Assembly: GCA_022508345.1 (NCBI GenBank)
Contig: JAFLVK010000001.1
Location: 164,371 to 228,370, forward strand
Direction of reading: 5' to 3'
Origin: Clostridiales bacterium
GTDB lineage: Bacteria; Bacillota; Clostridia; Christensenellales; CAG-314
Length of the DNA stretch: 64,000 bases
Shown here in pieces: positions 1-8,551 of the stretch. The position numbers were made by a program, and so were the translations under genes. Every line of letters starts with the position of its first letter. The stretch's first letter is position 1. The notes beneath the pieces are model-generated. The model searched no databases. It saw only the letters and a list, made by a program, of their open reading frames with translations, and was not told the origin of the DNA.

Positions 1-1723
1 CGTTGACTATGCGCAGCTTGTCGGCAGGGGTTACGCGCGCGTACACGGCAATTCGGCTTACCTTTTCGCTAAGCTCTTCATCCGTAAAGCCGGCAAGCGT
101 TTCACCGTCCACCGCCAGGTCGTTTTCGTTCAAAATCCCCAACCCAAGTGCAATTTCCGTTGCGGTATCAACATTGTCACCCGTAATCATAACGGGGCGA
201 ATACCTGCACTCTTGCAGGTAGCAACCGCCGTTGCTGCCTCTTCACGCGGTGGGTCTACAATGGTAAACAGGGCGCAAACAGTCAGCTGCTTCTCGAGCG
301 CCAACGACCGCGGAAAGTTGTGCGCAACTTCATTTACCGACAGCGCCATTACACGCAGTCCCTTTTTGGTGTACATGCGGTACTGCTTGTTGAACTCGTC
401 GTAGTTGTCGGCCCCCTTCATTGCCTCAAGGCTGCCCTTTGTTACGGCGTAGTATCTGCCATCCACCTTGACAACCACCGTCATGAGCTTGCGGTTGCTG
501 TCAAAGGGTATTTCGTAAAGTCGCACAGCGTGCTTGGAGTTTTTTGTAATGCTGGTAACTGCAATTTCCGTTGGGTCGCCAAGCCACTGCCCCTCGGCGT
601 TGACAACGGCATCGCTACACCAGCAGTACGCTTGCAAAAGAAAGCTTTGCTTATCCAAGTTGCCTGTAGCTGTATACGATTTGCCGTCGAACATGCCTGT
701 CAAGCTCATTTTGTTTTGCGTGAGTGTGCCCGTCTTGTCCGAACAAATAACCGTTGCGCTGCCCAGTGCTTCTACGGCAGTGAGGCGCTTGACAACGGCG
801 TTTTTGCTTGCCAACCGTTCAATGCCCTTGGCAAGTACTATCGTGACCACTGCGGGCAAGCCCTCGGGAATTGCCGCAACAGCAAGCGACACGGAGGTTA
901 GCAAAATATCAATGAAAACGGAGGTGAGCGTTGCGCCTGCCGCCATGTTCTTTACGCCCTTGATAAAGCCGATAATCAACACCAACAAGCACACAGCAAG
1001 GCACACAAGCCCAATAACCTTGGACAGCTGTTTTAGCTTTTGTTGCAATGGGGTGAGATTGTTTTGCGAATTGGCAAGCATGCCTGCAATCTTGCCCAGC
1101 TCTGTGCGCCTGCCCGTGGACGTAACCCTGGCGTAGCACCTGCCCTTTGTCACAAGGCTACCGCTAAATATCTTGTTGACGTCGCTTTCGCGCTTGCCGT
1201 GTGAAAGCGCCTGCTTCTCCACAGGTATGCTTTCGCCTGTCAGCGCCGATTGATTGACGAAAAAGCTCTCGGAAGATAGCAGCACGCAGTCCGCTGTTAC
1301 CACGTCGCCTGCTTCGAATATGCACACATCGTCAGGCACAAGCTGACGGCTATCCAAGAGCGTTACGGTGTTGTTGCGTATCACCTTGGTTTTGGGTGAG
1401 GTGAGCTGCTTGAGCGCCTCCAGCGACTTCTCCGCCCTGTACTCCTGAATTGTCCCCAGCGTTGCGTTGGCTAACACAATGGCAATTATTATCAGCGGTT
1501 CAAGTAGGTCCGCACGCTCGCCGGTGTAAAGTGCCATTCCAAACGACAGCGCCGCAGCAACCAACAAAATGATAATCATCAAGTCGCTGAACTGGTTGAT
1601 AAATTTCCGCAGGAAGCCGTGCTTGACCTTTTCTTCCGTTACGTTTTCGCCAAATTCACTTAGGCGCGCCGAAACCTGTTCGTCTGTCAAGCCGCTATTT
1701 ACTATTTTGTCGTTTTGCGTCAA
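1..1723 (-). CDS. P-type cation-transporting ATPase (Ca2+-ATPase-like), N-terminal ~574 codons; 3' end lies left of the window
   Basis: Absent from the ORF track because its stop is outside the window. My own minus-strand translation reads LTQNDKIVNSGLTDEQVSARLSEFGEN, TGESIPVEK, AAIPEGLPAVVTIVLA, phosphorylation site ICSDKTGTLTQNKM, MITGDN and PADKLRIV. TTG at 1723 with GGAG about 10 nt upstream is the likeliest start. Confidence 0.85.
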   Translation of the reverse strand, partial: MTQNDKIVNSGLTDEQVSARLSEFGENVTEEKVKHGFLRKFINQFSDLMIIILLVAAALSFGMALYTGERADLLEPLIIIAIVLANATLGTIQEYRAEKSLEALKQLTSPKTKVIRNNTVTLLDSRQLVPDDVCIFEAGDVVTADCVLLSSESFFVNQSALTGESIPVEKQALSHGKRESDVNKIFSGSLVTKGRCYARVTSTGRRTELGKIAGMLANSQNNLTPLQQKLKQLSKVIGLVCLAVCLLVLIIGFIKGVKNMAAGATLTSVFIDILLTSVSLAVAAIPEGLPAVVTIVLAKGIERLASKNAVVKRLTAVEALGSATVICSDKTGTLTQNKMSLTGMFDGKSYTATGNLDKQSFLLQAYCWCSDAVVNAEGQWLGDPTEIAVTSITKNSKHAVRLYEIPFDSNRKLMTVVVKVDGRYYAVTKGSLEAMKGADNYDEFNKQYRMYTKKGLRVMALSVNEVAHNFPRSLALEKQLTVCALFTIVDPPREEAATAVATCKSAGIRPVMITGDNVDTATEIALGLGILNENDLAVDGETLAGFTDEELSEKVSRIAVYARVTPADKLRIVN

Positions 1724-1885
1724 AATCCTGTTTCTCCAAAAAAATCTTCCGTAAAGTATATGAAGAAGCAGGCTCGGGTATTCATCTTGGAGCCTAGCGC
1801 CTTGCGATGTCTCCAATCCGAACACCCTCGCCTCTAGTATTTCGGTAGGCGAAAAATAATTCAGTACGCTAGTTCAAAAATGTAT

Positions 1886-1917
1886 AAGGACACAATGCCT
1901 TGATACATTGTGTCCTT
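1886..1917 (-). terminator. Rho-independent terminator downstream of the MATE gene
   Basis: Perfect 12-bp inverted repeat aaggacacaatg / cattgtgtcctt with an 8-nt loop. On the minus strand it is followed by a T-rich stretch (atacattttt). Confidence 0.6.
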
Positions 1918-1937
1918 GTGTGTTTATGATATGGTTT

Positions 1938-3533
1938 TTATTGTCTATCGAACAAATTGTCGCGATATTGCTTTTCCTTGTAAGCAAATTGCCTGCGATA
2001 ATCGCGTATTGCAAAGGGCAAGTAAATTAGCACCGACAGCACCTCCGCAAAGGGATAACAGTACCAAATTCCGCTTTGTTGCCACAGATAGTTGAACAGC
2101 AATGCCGACGGTATCAAAAACAGCAGCTGACGTGACAGGCTCATCAACAAGCTTGAAACGGCACAGTTGATGGACTGCAGCATATTGATAATCAATATAC
2201 TGAATGCCGCAGGAATAAAGGCTATGCTTATCGCGCGGAATGCGTAGGCACCCTCCTGTATCAGCTGTTGATTGGCTTGTGCAAGCTGCTCCGCTGTTTG
2301 CCCTTCTGCAACCTGGTTGCTTTTGAATATGGTCATTAGCGCTTCGGGGAATATTTGGAACAGCAGCGTGCCCACCACCATAACGCCCAGCGCGATAAAA
2401 AGACCAAGCTTAAATGTGTCATTAAAGCGCTTCTTTTGGTTTGCGCCGTAGTTGTAGCTCAGTATCGGCATTGCACCCTGCATAAGCCCAAATATCGGCA
2501 TAAAGATAAATGACTGCACCTTGAAGTACGCCGATAACACCGTGATACCGTTGGGGTAGCTCTTCAGCATGATGTTCATGATTATCGTAACTACGCTACC
2601 CATGGCGTTCATTATAAACGCGGGCGTACCTATACGAAGTATGCGCGCAAAGTACTTCTTTTGAAGACGGAAGCCTTTTAGCGTTATGGAAACGTCCTGC
2701 TTTTTGAATATGAACGTGGCAATGTCAATCGCGGCAGCCGCCCACTGTCCGATAACAGTGGCAAGTATTGCGCCCAGCACCCCCATCTTGAATACGACAA
2801 TAAACAGCGCGTCAAGGGCAATGTTTGTAAGCGCGCCCACAAGCTGTGTAATCATGGGTATCTTCATGTTGCCCGTTGCTTGCAGTATACGCGCGCAGGT
2901 GATGTCCATTATCAGACCGATACTGCCTGCCAAGTAAATTTCAAGGTACAGCGCACCTTGATTTACAACGTAATCTACATCTGTTGCGTTGTCGCTGTTG
3001 ACGAACGCACGCATAAATGGCTTGGATATCACAAACGCCAGCGCAAGCATAACAAGCCAAGCTGCAACGCTCATGACTATTGCCGTCTTTGCCGCCTTGT
3101 TGGCATGGTCGCGGTTGCCCTCGCCAAGCTTACGCGCAATGTAGGCGTTTGCACCCACGCCAATGCCAATAGCAAGTGCCACAACAAACATGGTCATGGG
3201 CATAACTACACTCACTGCATTGAAGGAATCCTTGCCGATGTTGGTACCGACATAGCCTGCAACATTGTAGCTGATATTTGTCAAAAACAGCGAGTCCACA
3301 ATGTTGTACAGCGCTTGCACCAGCATGGAAAATATCGCAGGCAGGCTCATGGTTAGCAGCAGCTTGCCAATCTTGGTATTGCGCATCTTGTCCGATTGCA
3401 GTGCCACTTCACCGGTCTGACGACTAGCTTCATCACCGTCGGTCACAGTTGATTGCGGTTCGATGTCTGCTTCTACTAAATCTATATCGTTTTGTCTTTG
3501 GTATATTTTTTTATTTCTCAATTTTTCACCCAC
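1938..3533 (-). CDS. MATE family efflux transporter
   Basis: 531-aa ORF, polytopic hydrophobic throughout. MatE-like N-terminal helix LLLTMSLPAIFSMLVQALYNIVDSLF and a second half-repeat ILRIGTPAFIMNAMGSVV. About 50-aa hydrophilic N-terminal extension. Confidence 0.85.
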   Translation of the reverse strand: MGEKLRNKKIYQRQNDIDLVEADIEPQSTVTDGDEASRQTGEVALQSDKMRNTKIGKLLLTMSLPAIFSMLVQALYNIVDSLFLTNISYNVAGYVGTNIGKDSFNAVSVVMPMTMFVVALAIGIGVGANAYIARKLGEGNRDHANKAAKTAIVMSVAAWLVMLALAFVISKPFMRAFVNSDNATDVDYVVNQGALYLEIYLAGSIGLIMDITCARILQATGNMKIPMITQLVGALTNIALDALFIVVFKMGVLGAILATVIGQWAAAAIDIATFIFKKQDVSITLKGFRLQKKYFARILRIGTPAFIMNAMGSVVTIIMNIMLKSYPNGITVLSAYFKVQSFIFMPIFGLMQGAMPILSYNYGANQKKRFNDTFKLGLFIALGVMVVGTLLFQIFPEALMTIFKSNQVAEGQTAEQLAQANQQLIQEGAYAFRAISIAFIPAAFSILIINMLQSINCAVSSLLMSLSRQLLFLIPSALLFNYLWQQSGIWYCYPFAEVLSVLIYLPFAIRDYRRQFAYKEKQYRDNLFDRQ

Positions 3534-3613
3534 ATAAATAAACGGCTGTCGATAACGACAACCGCTTTATATTTTAACATATTTTAATTCGATACACAAC
3601 CAAATTGCGCGCT

Positions 3614-4123
3614 TCAACACAGTATTGTTTTATTTACATACTTGCAAAACTGTATTTGATGTTCGCCGTCCTGTACAATTTCACTTGATTCCACCAATTC
3701 CCAGCCCTGCAATGTGTCAAGATTTGGGAAAAACAGTTGAGCATTGCCGCAGGAATTTACCTTGGTTACGTAGGCATACTTGCAGCGACTCAATAGCTGC
3801 GAATACACGCTTGCGCCACCGCAAACAAACACGTCGTCACTGTCGTAGCCTGCAAGCACCTTGTCAAGCTGTTCAATGTCGGCAACTGTTGTGGCATCGG
3901 GGCGAGGTGTACCACTGTCGTCCAATACAATGTTTACTCTGTTGGGCAACGCGCCGTTAGGAAAACTGTCGTAGGTATTTGCACCGACAACAATCACCTT
4001 GCCCGTTGTTGTCTGACGGAAAAATGCCATATCCTTTTTCAATGAGAAGAGCAAACCGTTGTTTTTGCCTATTCCCCAGTGATTGTCCACAACTACAATT
4101 ACATTCACGTTTTTGCACCCCAA
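3614..4123 (-). CDS. folA: Dihydrofolate reductase
   Basis: VVDNHWGIGKNNGLLFSLKKDMAFFRQTTTGKVIVVGANTYDSFP and LPNRVNIVL match the DHFR fold signature. The ORF-track start is a TTG; an internal GTG at 4108 (MNVIVVVD...) with GGGGTG upstream is an alternative start. Confidence 0.9.
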   Translation of the reverse strand: MGCKNVNVIVVVDNHWGIGKNNGLLFSLKKDMAFFRQTTTGKVIVVGANTYDSFPNGALPNRVNIVLDDSGTPRPDATTVADIEQLDKVLAGYDSDDVFVCGGASVYSQLLSRCKYAYVTKVNSCGNAQLFFPNLDTLQGWELVESSEIVQDGEHQIQFCKYVNKTILC

Positions 4124-4163
4124 GTGTAAAATTTTTCAACAGTGTAAGTTTACTATGCTTTGG

Positions 4164-5102
4164 CTAAATTTGCAAGGGTTTAACGGCTAACTGTTGAAAT
4201 TCCTCGCGACTGACGCCTTTGTGAACTTCCTGCAAGTATTCGCTGATACCAACAATCCACATGGGTGATTCATTTTCGAAATACAAATTGGTTACGTAGC
4301 GCAACGGATTGTAATAAGCGCTATTCGCGTACTCCACCTCGTAAACACTATCGGGGATGTACATATGTTCAATGCTGGCGTAGCGTAGCGACAGACGACC
4401 AATTGTACGCACTCCGTCGGGCAACTCCAGCACGCTGTCATGACCGTAAGGCACGTATTCCAGCCTTGTACCGCTATTGGAAAGCAGCACGCCGTCCACT
4501 TCGCTAAAGACAACATTGCCCTCTTCCACGCTTACCCTTTCAACGTATTTGTTGCAGTAGTTCCAATAACTTTCGTAAATTTCACTAACGCCACGGTTGA
4601 TGTACATTGTTGTGTCACGCTTTGCCGGCGGATACATGATGAGCGTAAGGTAATCCTTGCTGTACAGCACTCCGTCAAGGCTTGCGTAGCTTTCGTTGTT
4701 CTTGTGCACTTCTATTTCTTCCAGGTAATCAAAGGTGTCCGTCACGCTGAAGCCGAACAGGTTGATTTCCGTAACAGTTTCAGCAATGACAAGCTTTTTC
4801 ACATGTCCGCCCACGACAAGTTCACGCTCGTAGCCGTTGTCGGTCAACTCGGTAACTGTGTACTCCTTGTCGTTGTAGTAAATGATTGAGGGCACAACAC
4901 ACTCCTGTGGCTCGTACGCACCTACACTGCTGTCCTTGTCAAAGCCGTAGATGGATGCCGTATTACTCGAAGTGTCTAGCACTGCGTAAAGCCCGTTGAT
5001 GTGCACATCTATATAAGGATCGCAGCAACACAACAAAATCAATGTGCATGCAAACATTGCTGCTGCTAACAATATTGAAATTATCTTTTTTGTTTTGTTC
5101 AT
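4164..5102 (-). CDS. BspA-type leucine-rich-repeat (LRR_5-like) lipoprotein
   Basis: Signal peptide with Cys cluster (LILLCCCD). Motifs DGVLYSKDYLTLIMYPPAK and DGVLLSNSGTRLEYVP are typical of BspA-like LRR proteins. Paralogous to the next gene. Confidence 0.75.
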   Translation of the reverse strand: MNKTKKIISILLAAAMFACTLILLCCCDPYIDVHINGLYAVLDTSSNTASIYGFDKDSSVGAYEPQECVVPSIIYYNDKEYTVTELTDNGYERELVVGGHVKKLVIAETVTEINLFGFSVTDTFDYLEEIEVHKNNESYASLDGVLYSKDYLTLIMYPPAKRDTTMYINRGVSEIYESYWNYCNKYVERVSVEEGNVVFSEVDGVLLSNSGTRLEYVPYGHDSVLELPDGVRTIGRLSLRYASIEHMYIPDSVYEVEYANSAYYNPLRYVTNLYFENESPMWIVGISEYLQEVHKGVSREEFQQLAVKPLQI

Positions 5103-6241
5103 AACTGTTCTCCTGCACTCTGTAGCGCCTCAACGTCAGCCTGGAACTGCTCGCGCGTTACCCCGAACTGCACACTGCCTGTAAAGTTGGTGTAGCGCAA
5201 AAATATCGGCAGCTCGCTGCTTTCAAAATAAACGTACGCCACCTCTGCAATGGGGTTGCTCACATTGACGTCCTCGTAACGGTTGCTTGTTTCAAATACA
5301 ATCCTTTCAAGTCCCGACGGAACGTAAAGATACTTCACCTTGTCTAACATGCCAAGTCCGACTGTCGTGATGTTTTCCGCCAGCTCCAGCACTTCCATGT
5401 TGTTGCCGCGGGGGCGATACAGCAGTATCGTGTAGTTGTGTGAATACAAGTCGCCTTGGAACGTGGCAAATACGGTGTTGCCCTCTTCCACCTCCAGGTA
5501 CTTGAGATGTGCGTTAGCATCTAAGCGGAAGGTGTTTAGCACTGTACAGCTTTGGGGGATGACGTAGGTATTGTCCTTTTTGTTAAGCGGATAACACAGC
5601 ATTTCCTTGCCGTCGGCGGTGAACAGCACACCGTCTTTAGCGCTGTAGCTTGTGTTGCCCTCTTCCACCTCGATTGTGCTTAAATTCTTTTTGCCGCTGA
5701 GGTAGTCGTTGATGCTCGAAGTTTGCTTGGGTAACACAAGATTGTTGCCCACCTTAGCCGACGGATAAAATACAAGCGTACTCAAGTCCTTGGAGTAAAC
5801 AACGCCGTCTACGCTCATGTAAGTGGAGCTAGCTGTGTTGACAGTTATCTTTTGCAAGTTTTCAAGCTCCGCGTACGCATACCTGCTCAGCTTCAGCTCC
5901 GCCATCGTTTCGGGAACAATGAGCTCGGTGACAACACCGTTGTCGCGCACAAGCTTGTAGTTTGTGTCTCCCGACGGACTCAGCTCCCTTACAGGATACC
6001 TGATTGCCTTGTACTTGACGCGTGACGGTATTTCGTACACGCTGCCGCTGATGTTTTTGTCAAAGCCGTGCGCCACAGCATAGCGCTTGAGTACATATAC
6101 CGTGTAATACACGCCGTCCTTGTGTATTGATATTCCGTTTTTCAAATCTGAAAGATTGCATGCCGACAAGGTTGCAAGCACAACCGTCGCAAGCATTACA
6201 AGTAAAATAATTGAACAGATTTTCCTTTTAACGCCAGTCAT
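5099..6241 (-). CDS. BspA-type leucine-rich-repeat (LRR_5-like) lipoprotein
   Basis: Lipobox LATLSAC. Motifs DGVVYSKDLSTLVFYPSAK and DGVLFTADGKEMLCYP. The C-terminal VTREQFQ tail is shared with 4164-5102. 4-nt overlap with the downstream gene. Confidence 0.75.
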   Translation of the reverse strand: MTGVKRKICSIILLVMLATVVLATLSACNLSDLKNGISIHKDGVYYTVYVLKRYAVAHGFDKNISGSVYEIPSRVKYKAIRYPVRELSPSGDTNYKLVRDNGVVTELIVPETMAELKLSRYAYAELENLQKITVNTASSTYMSVDGVVYSKDLSTLVFYPSAKVGNNLVLPKQTSSINDYLSGKKNLSTIEVEEGNTSYSAKDGVLFTADGKEMLCYPLNKKDNTYVIPQSCTVLNTFRLDANAHLKYLEVEEGNTVFATFQGDLYSHNYTILLYRPRGNNMEVLELAENITTVGLGMLDKVKYLYVPSGLERIVFETSNRYEDVNVSNPIAEVAYVYFESSELPIFLRYTNFTGSVQFGVTREQFQADVEALQSAGEQL

Positions 6242-6379
6242 AATATCACCTTTTTAGCCACTCGGGGCTTGTTTCTGCTAATACAACACCGCGGGACAAA
6301 GTTTTGTCCCGCGTGATAAAAAAATAGTAGATTTTTTAAAAACTTAACACATAGCCTGCATCACGAAGCGAATGCGTTT

Positions 6380-7210
6380 TCAAATTGCTACTTCAAATTT
6401 CTCGTTGAATGGCTCGTATTCGTAGCCCTCCAGCGCGAAATCGTCCACAGTAAACTTGTAAAAATCGGTAATTTCTCTGTTCATCACAAACTTGGGAGCG
6501 GGGTGCGTTGCTCCCTTTAGCATGCGTTCAACCTGCGGGATGTGTCTGTCGTAGATGTGCGCATCGGCAATGACGTGAACAAGCTCGCCTACCTGAAGCC
6601 CGCTAACCTGCGCCAACATATGCACAAGCACGGCGTACTGCACTACGTTCCAGTTGTTGGCTACCGCCATATCGTTGGAGCGTTGATTGAGGATAGCATT
6701 GAGCTTGCCGTCTGCCACGTTGAACGTGACGGAGTACGCGCAGGGATACAGGTGCATTTCGTGCAGGTCTTGGTGCACATATATATTTGTGATTATGCGC
6801 CGACTTGACGGATTGTGCTTGAGGTCGTACAGCACGCGGTCCACCTGATCGAACTCACCCTCGGGGTACACATGCTTGATACCCAGTTGATAGCCGTACG
6901 CCTTGCCAATGCTGCCGGTTTCGTCCGCCCAGCTGTCCCAAATGTGCGAGTTAAGTTGGTGAACATTGTTGCTCTTCTTTTGCCATATCCACAACAGCTC
7001 GTCAATTGCCGACTTAAATGCCGTGCGGCGCAGGGTGATTACGGGAAATTCCTCCTGCAGGTTGTAGCGGTTGACAACGCAAAAGAGCTTGCGTGTGTGC
7101 GCGGGTGTGCCGTCCGCCCAGTGTGGACGAACCTGCGAATTGGCGTCGTCTACACCGTGAGCTAAAATGTCCTGCATGTTTTGTATAAAGATTTCGTCCG
7201 CTCTACTCAT
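6380..7210 (-). CDS. thyA: Thymidylate synthase (ThyA type)
   Basis: Conserved ThyA-type blocks FPVITLRRTAFKSAIDELLWIWQ and QRSNDMAVANNWNVVQYAVLVHMLAQ, with PCAYSVTFNV around the presumed catalytic Cys. Start moved to ATG 7210 (MSRADEIF) because GGGAGAAAGCAA precedes it and the promoter at 7247-7275 lies inside the longer ORF-track version. Confidence 0.9.
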   Translation of the reverse strand: MSRADEIFIQNMQDILAHGVDDANSQVRPHWADGTPAHTRKLFCVVNRYNLQEEFPVITLRRTAFKSAIDELLWIWQKKSNNVHQLNSHIWDSWADETGSIGKAYGYQLGIKHVYPEGEFDQVDRVLYDLKHNPSSRRIITNIYVHQDLHEMHLYPCAYSVTFNVADGKLNAILNQRSNDMAVANNWNVVQYAVLVHMLAQVSGLQVGELVHVIADAHIYDRHIPQVERMLKGATHPAPKFVMNREITDFYKFTVDDFALEGYEYEPFNEKFEVAI

Positions 7211-7246
7211 TTGCTTTCTCCCTGAGCTTACACAAATAATGAAGAT

Positions 7247-7275
7247 ATTGTACCAAAACACAACCACGCCGTCAA
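7247..7275 (-). promoter_or_regulatory. Sigma-70-type promoter for thyA (TTGACG-17-TACAAT with TGn extension)
   Basis: Minus strand reads TTGACG gcgtggttgtgttttgg TACAAT. Spacing is 17 nt, and it lies about 37 nt upstream of the thyA ATG. Confidence 0.5.
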
Positions 7276-7351
7276 ATGTAAATGTAGGTGTATCACATTA
7301 AAATTTAGTTTTTAAACAGTGGTTTGCAATATAAATTTCTATATATCAGCA

Positions 7352-7381
7352 TTGACTAACAGTTTATAATTATGTTATAAT
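7352..7381 (+). promoter_or_regulatory. Candidate sigma-70 promoter (TTGACT-18-TATAAT) facing the XRE/membrane gene
   Basis: TTGACT aacagtttataattatgt TATAAT on the + strand, about 277 nt upstream of ATG 7658. A second extended -10 (TGgTAAAAT, 7589-7597) lies closer to the gene. Confidence 0.35.
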
Positions 7382-7657
7382 TTAAGCCAACAAAAAGCTT
7401 TGCAACAAAAAGTTGCAAGAGTGTTTGTTATAACAAAAACATTCTCAACTGATAGTTGACGAAGACAATTTCGCCTTTAAAAGTAGCAAAAAATGCGCCA
7501 AAAACTATCCAAAAAGTTGATTTTCAACTAAATGTAGACAAATACAACTTTTGGTTGCAAGGAAACTATACACAAACCGCGCCGTTTTTGGTAAAATGTT
7601 TGTACGTGGCGAGCGACTGTGTTGCTCCGCCCAAAATACTTATTTAAGGAAGGACTT

Positions 7658-8506
7658 ATGACAGACTACGGAACTAAAATTGCCGAGTTGCGCTCAGCCA
7701 ACAAGATGACGCAAGCTCAGTTAGGCGAACAGCTCAACGTAACTTCACAAGCGGTGTCCAAATGGGAAAACGGATTGTCCGAACCGGACATTGAATCCAT
7801 AAGAAAGATATGTGAAATTTTCCACATAACCTTCGACGAATTTTTTGGCGCAGAAACAGCCAAGCAGGATTCGGAGGAGGAATCAACGCAAGAAAAAAAA
7901 TCGCAAGAGGCACCGTCAGTTATACTTGCGTACTGCGACACCTGTGACAAACCATTGTACAACCCCAAGGAATATCAGGTAACAATAGAAAACGGCGTAC
8001 AGCACACCACCTGCATGGAATGCGTACCCAAGAAGGCTGCCGCAAAGCAAAAGGCTGCTGCAAAGGCACGCGAACAAAAGAGAGCCGCCCAAAAAGCCGA
8101 AAACCGACGCGAACTGCGCAAGGGTATGCTGTGGGGAATTCTCGGTGGCGTTGTGTTGGCAGTACTTGCACTGATTGGCGGCATATTCGCCGAACAACCG
8201 GCGTGGCTTATTGCAATAGGTACGTTACTCGGCGCGTACGGCGGCTTTGCCATGCTTACGCAGCTTATATGGGTGAACAGTGTGTGGGACGTGTTCTGTT
8301 TCTTTTTGAAAACGGTCAAGTGGCCCGGCGTAATATTTACACTTGATCTTGACGGAATATTCTTCCTTATCTTTGTAAAGATACTGTTTGCAGTGCTGGG
8401 CGCAATCATAGGCGTGTTGCTGTTTATCGTCGGTTTCTTCGTAACCTGGGCATACGCAATGATAATCTTCCCCTTTGCACTGATAAAGGAACTGCGAGAA
8501 CTGTAA
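7658..8506 (+). CDS. Membrane-tethered XRE-family HTH regulator with central zinc-ribbon-like Cys pairs
   Basis: N-terminal HTH MTQAQLGEQLNVTSQAVSKWENGLSEPD, then CDTCDKP...CMEC, a Lys/Ala-rich linker and 3-4 C-terminal TM helices. Start set at ATG 7658 after AAGGAAGGA. Confidence 0.8.
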   Translation: MTDYGTKIAELRSANKMTQAQLGEQLNVTSQAVSKWENGLSEPDIESIRKICEIFHITFDEFFGAETAKQDSEEESTQEKKSQEAPSVILAYCDTCDKPLYNPKEYQVTIENGVQHTTCMECVPKKAAAKQKAAAKAREQKRAAQKAENRRELRKGMLWGILGGVVLAVLALIGGIFAEQPAWLIAIGTLLGAYGGFAMLTQLIWVNSVWDVFCFFLKTVKWPGVIFTLDLDGIFFLIFVKILFAVLGAIIGVLLFIVGFFVTWAYAMIIFPFALIKELREL

Positions 8507-8551
8507 AACTTGTTTTGTAACAATAAACATTCACTTAATAGGAGAGGCAAA

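Noticed and set aside
3-1136. Plus-strand ORFs 3-404, 320-901 and 534-1136 in the ORF track
   Set aside because: They are antisense shadows of the minus-strand P-type ATPase. Its translation carries unmistakable DKTGT and TGES motifs, while the plus-strand products are low-complexity.
6291-6314. GC-rich hairpin cgcgggacaaa/tttgtcccgcg after thyA as its terminator
   Set aside because: In the thyA (minus) sense the U-run precedes the stem rather than following it, and in the plus sense an A-run follows. It is not a canonical intrinsic terminator on either strand.
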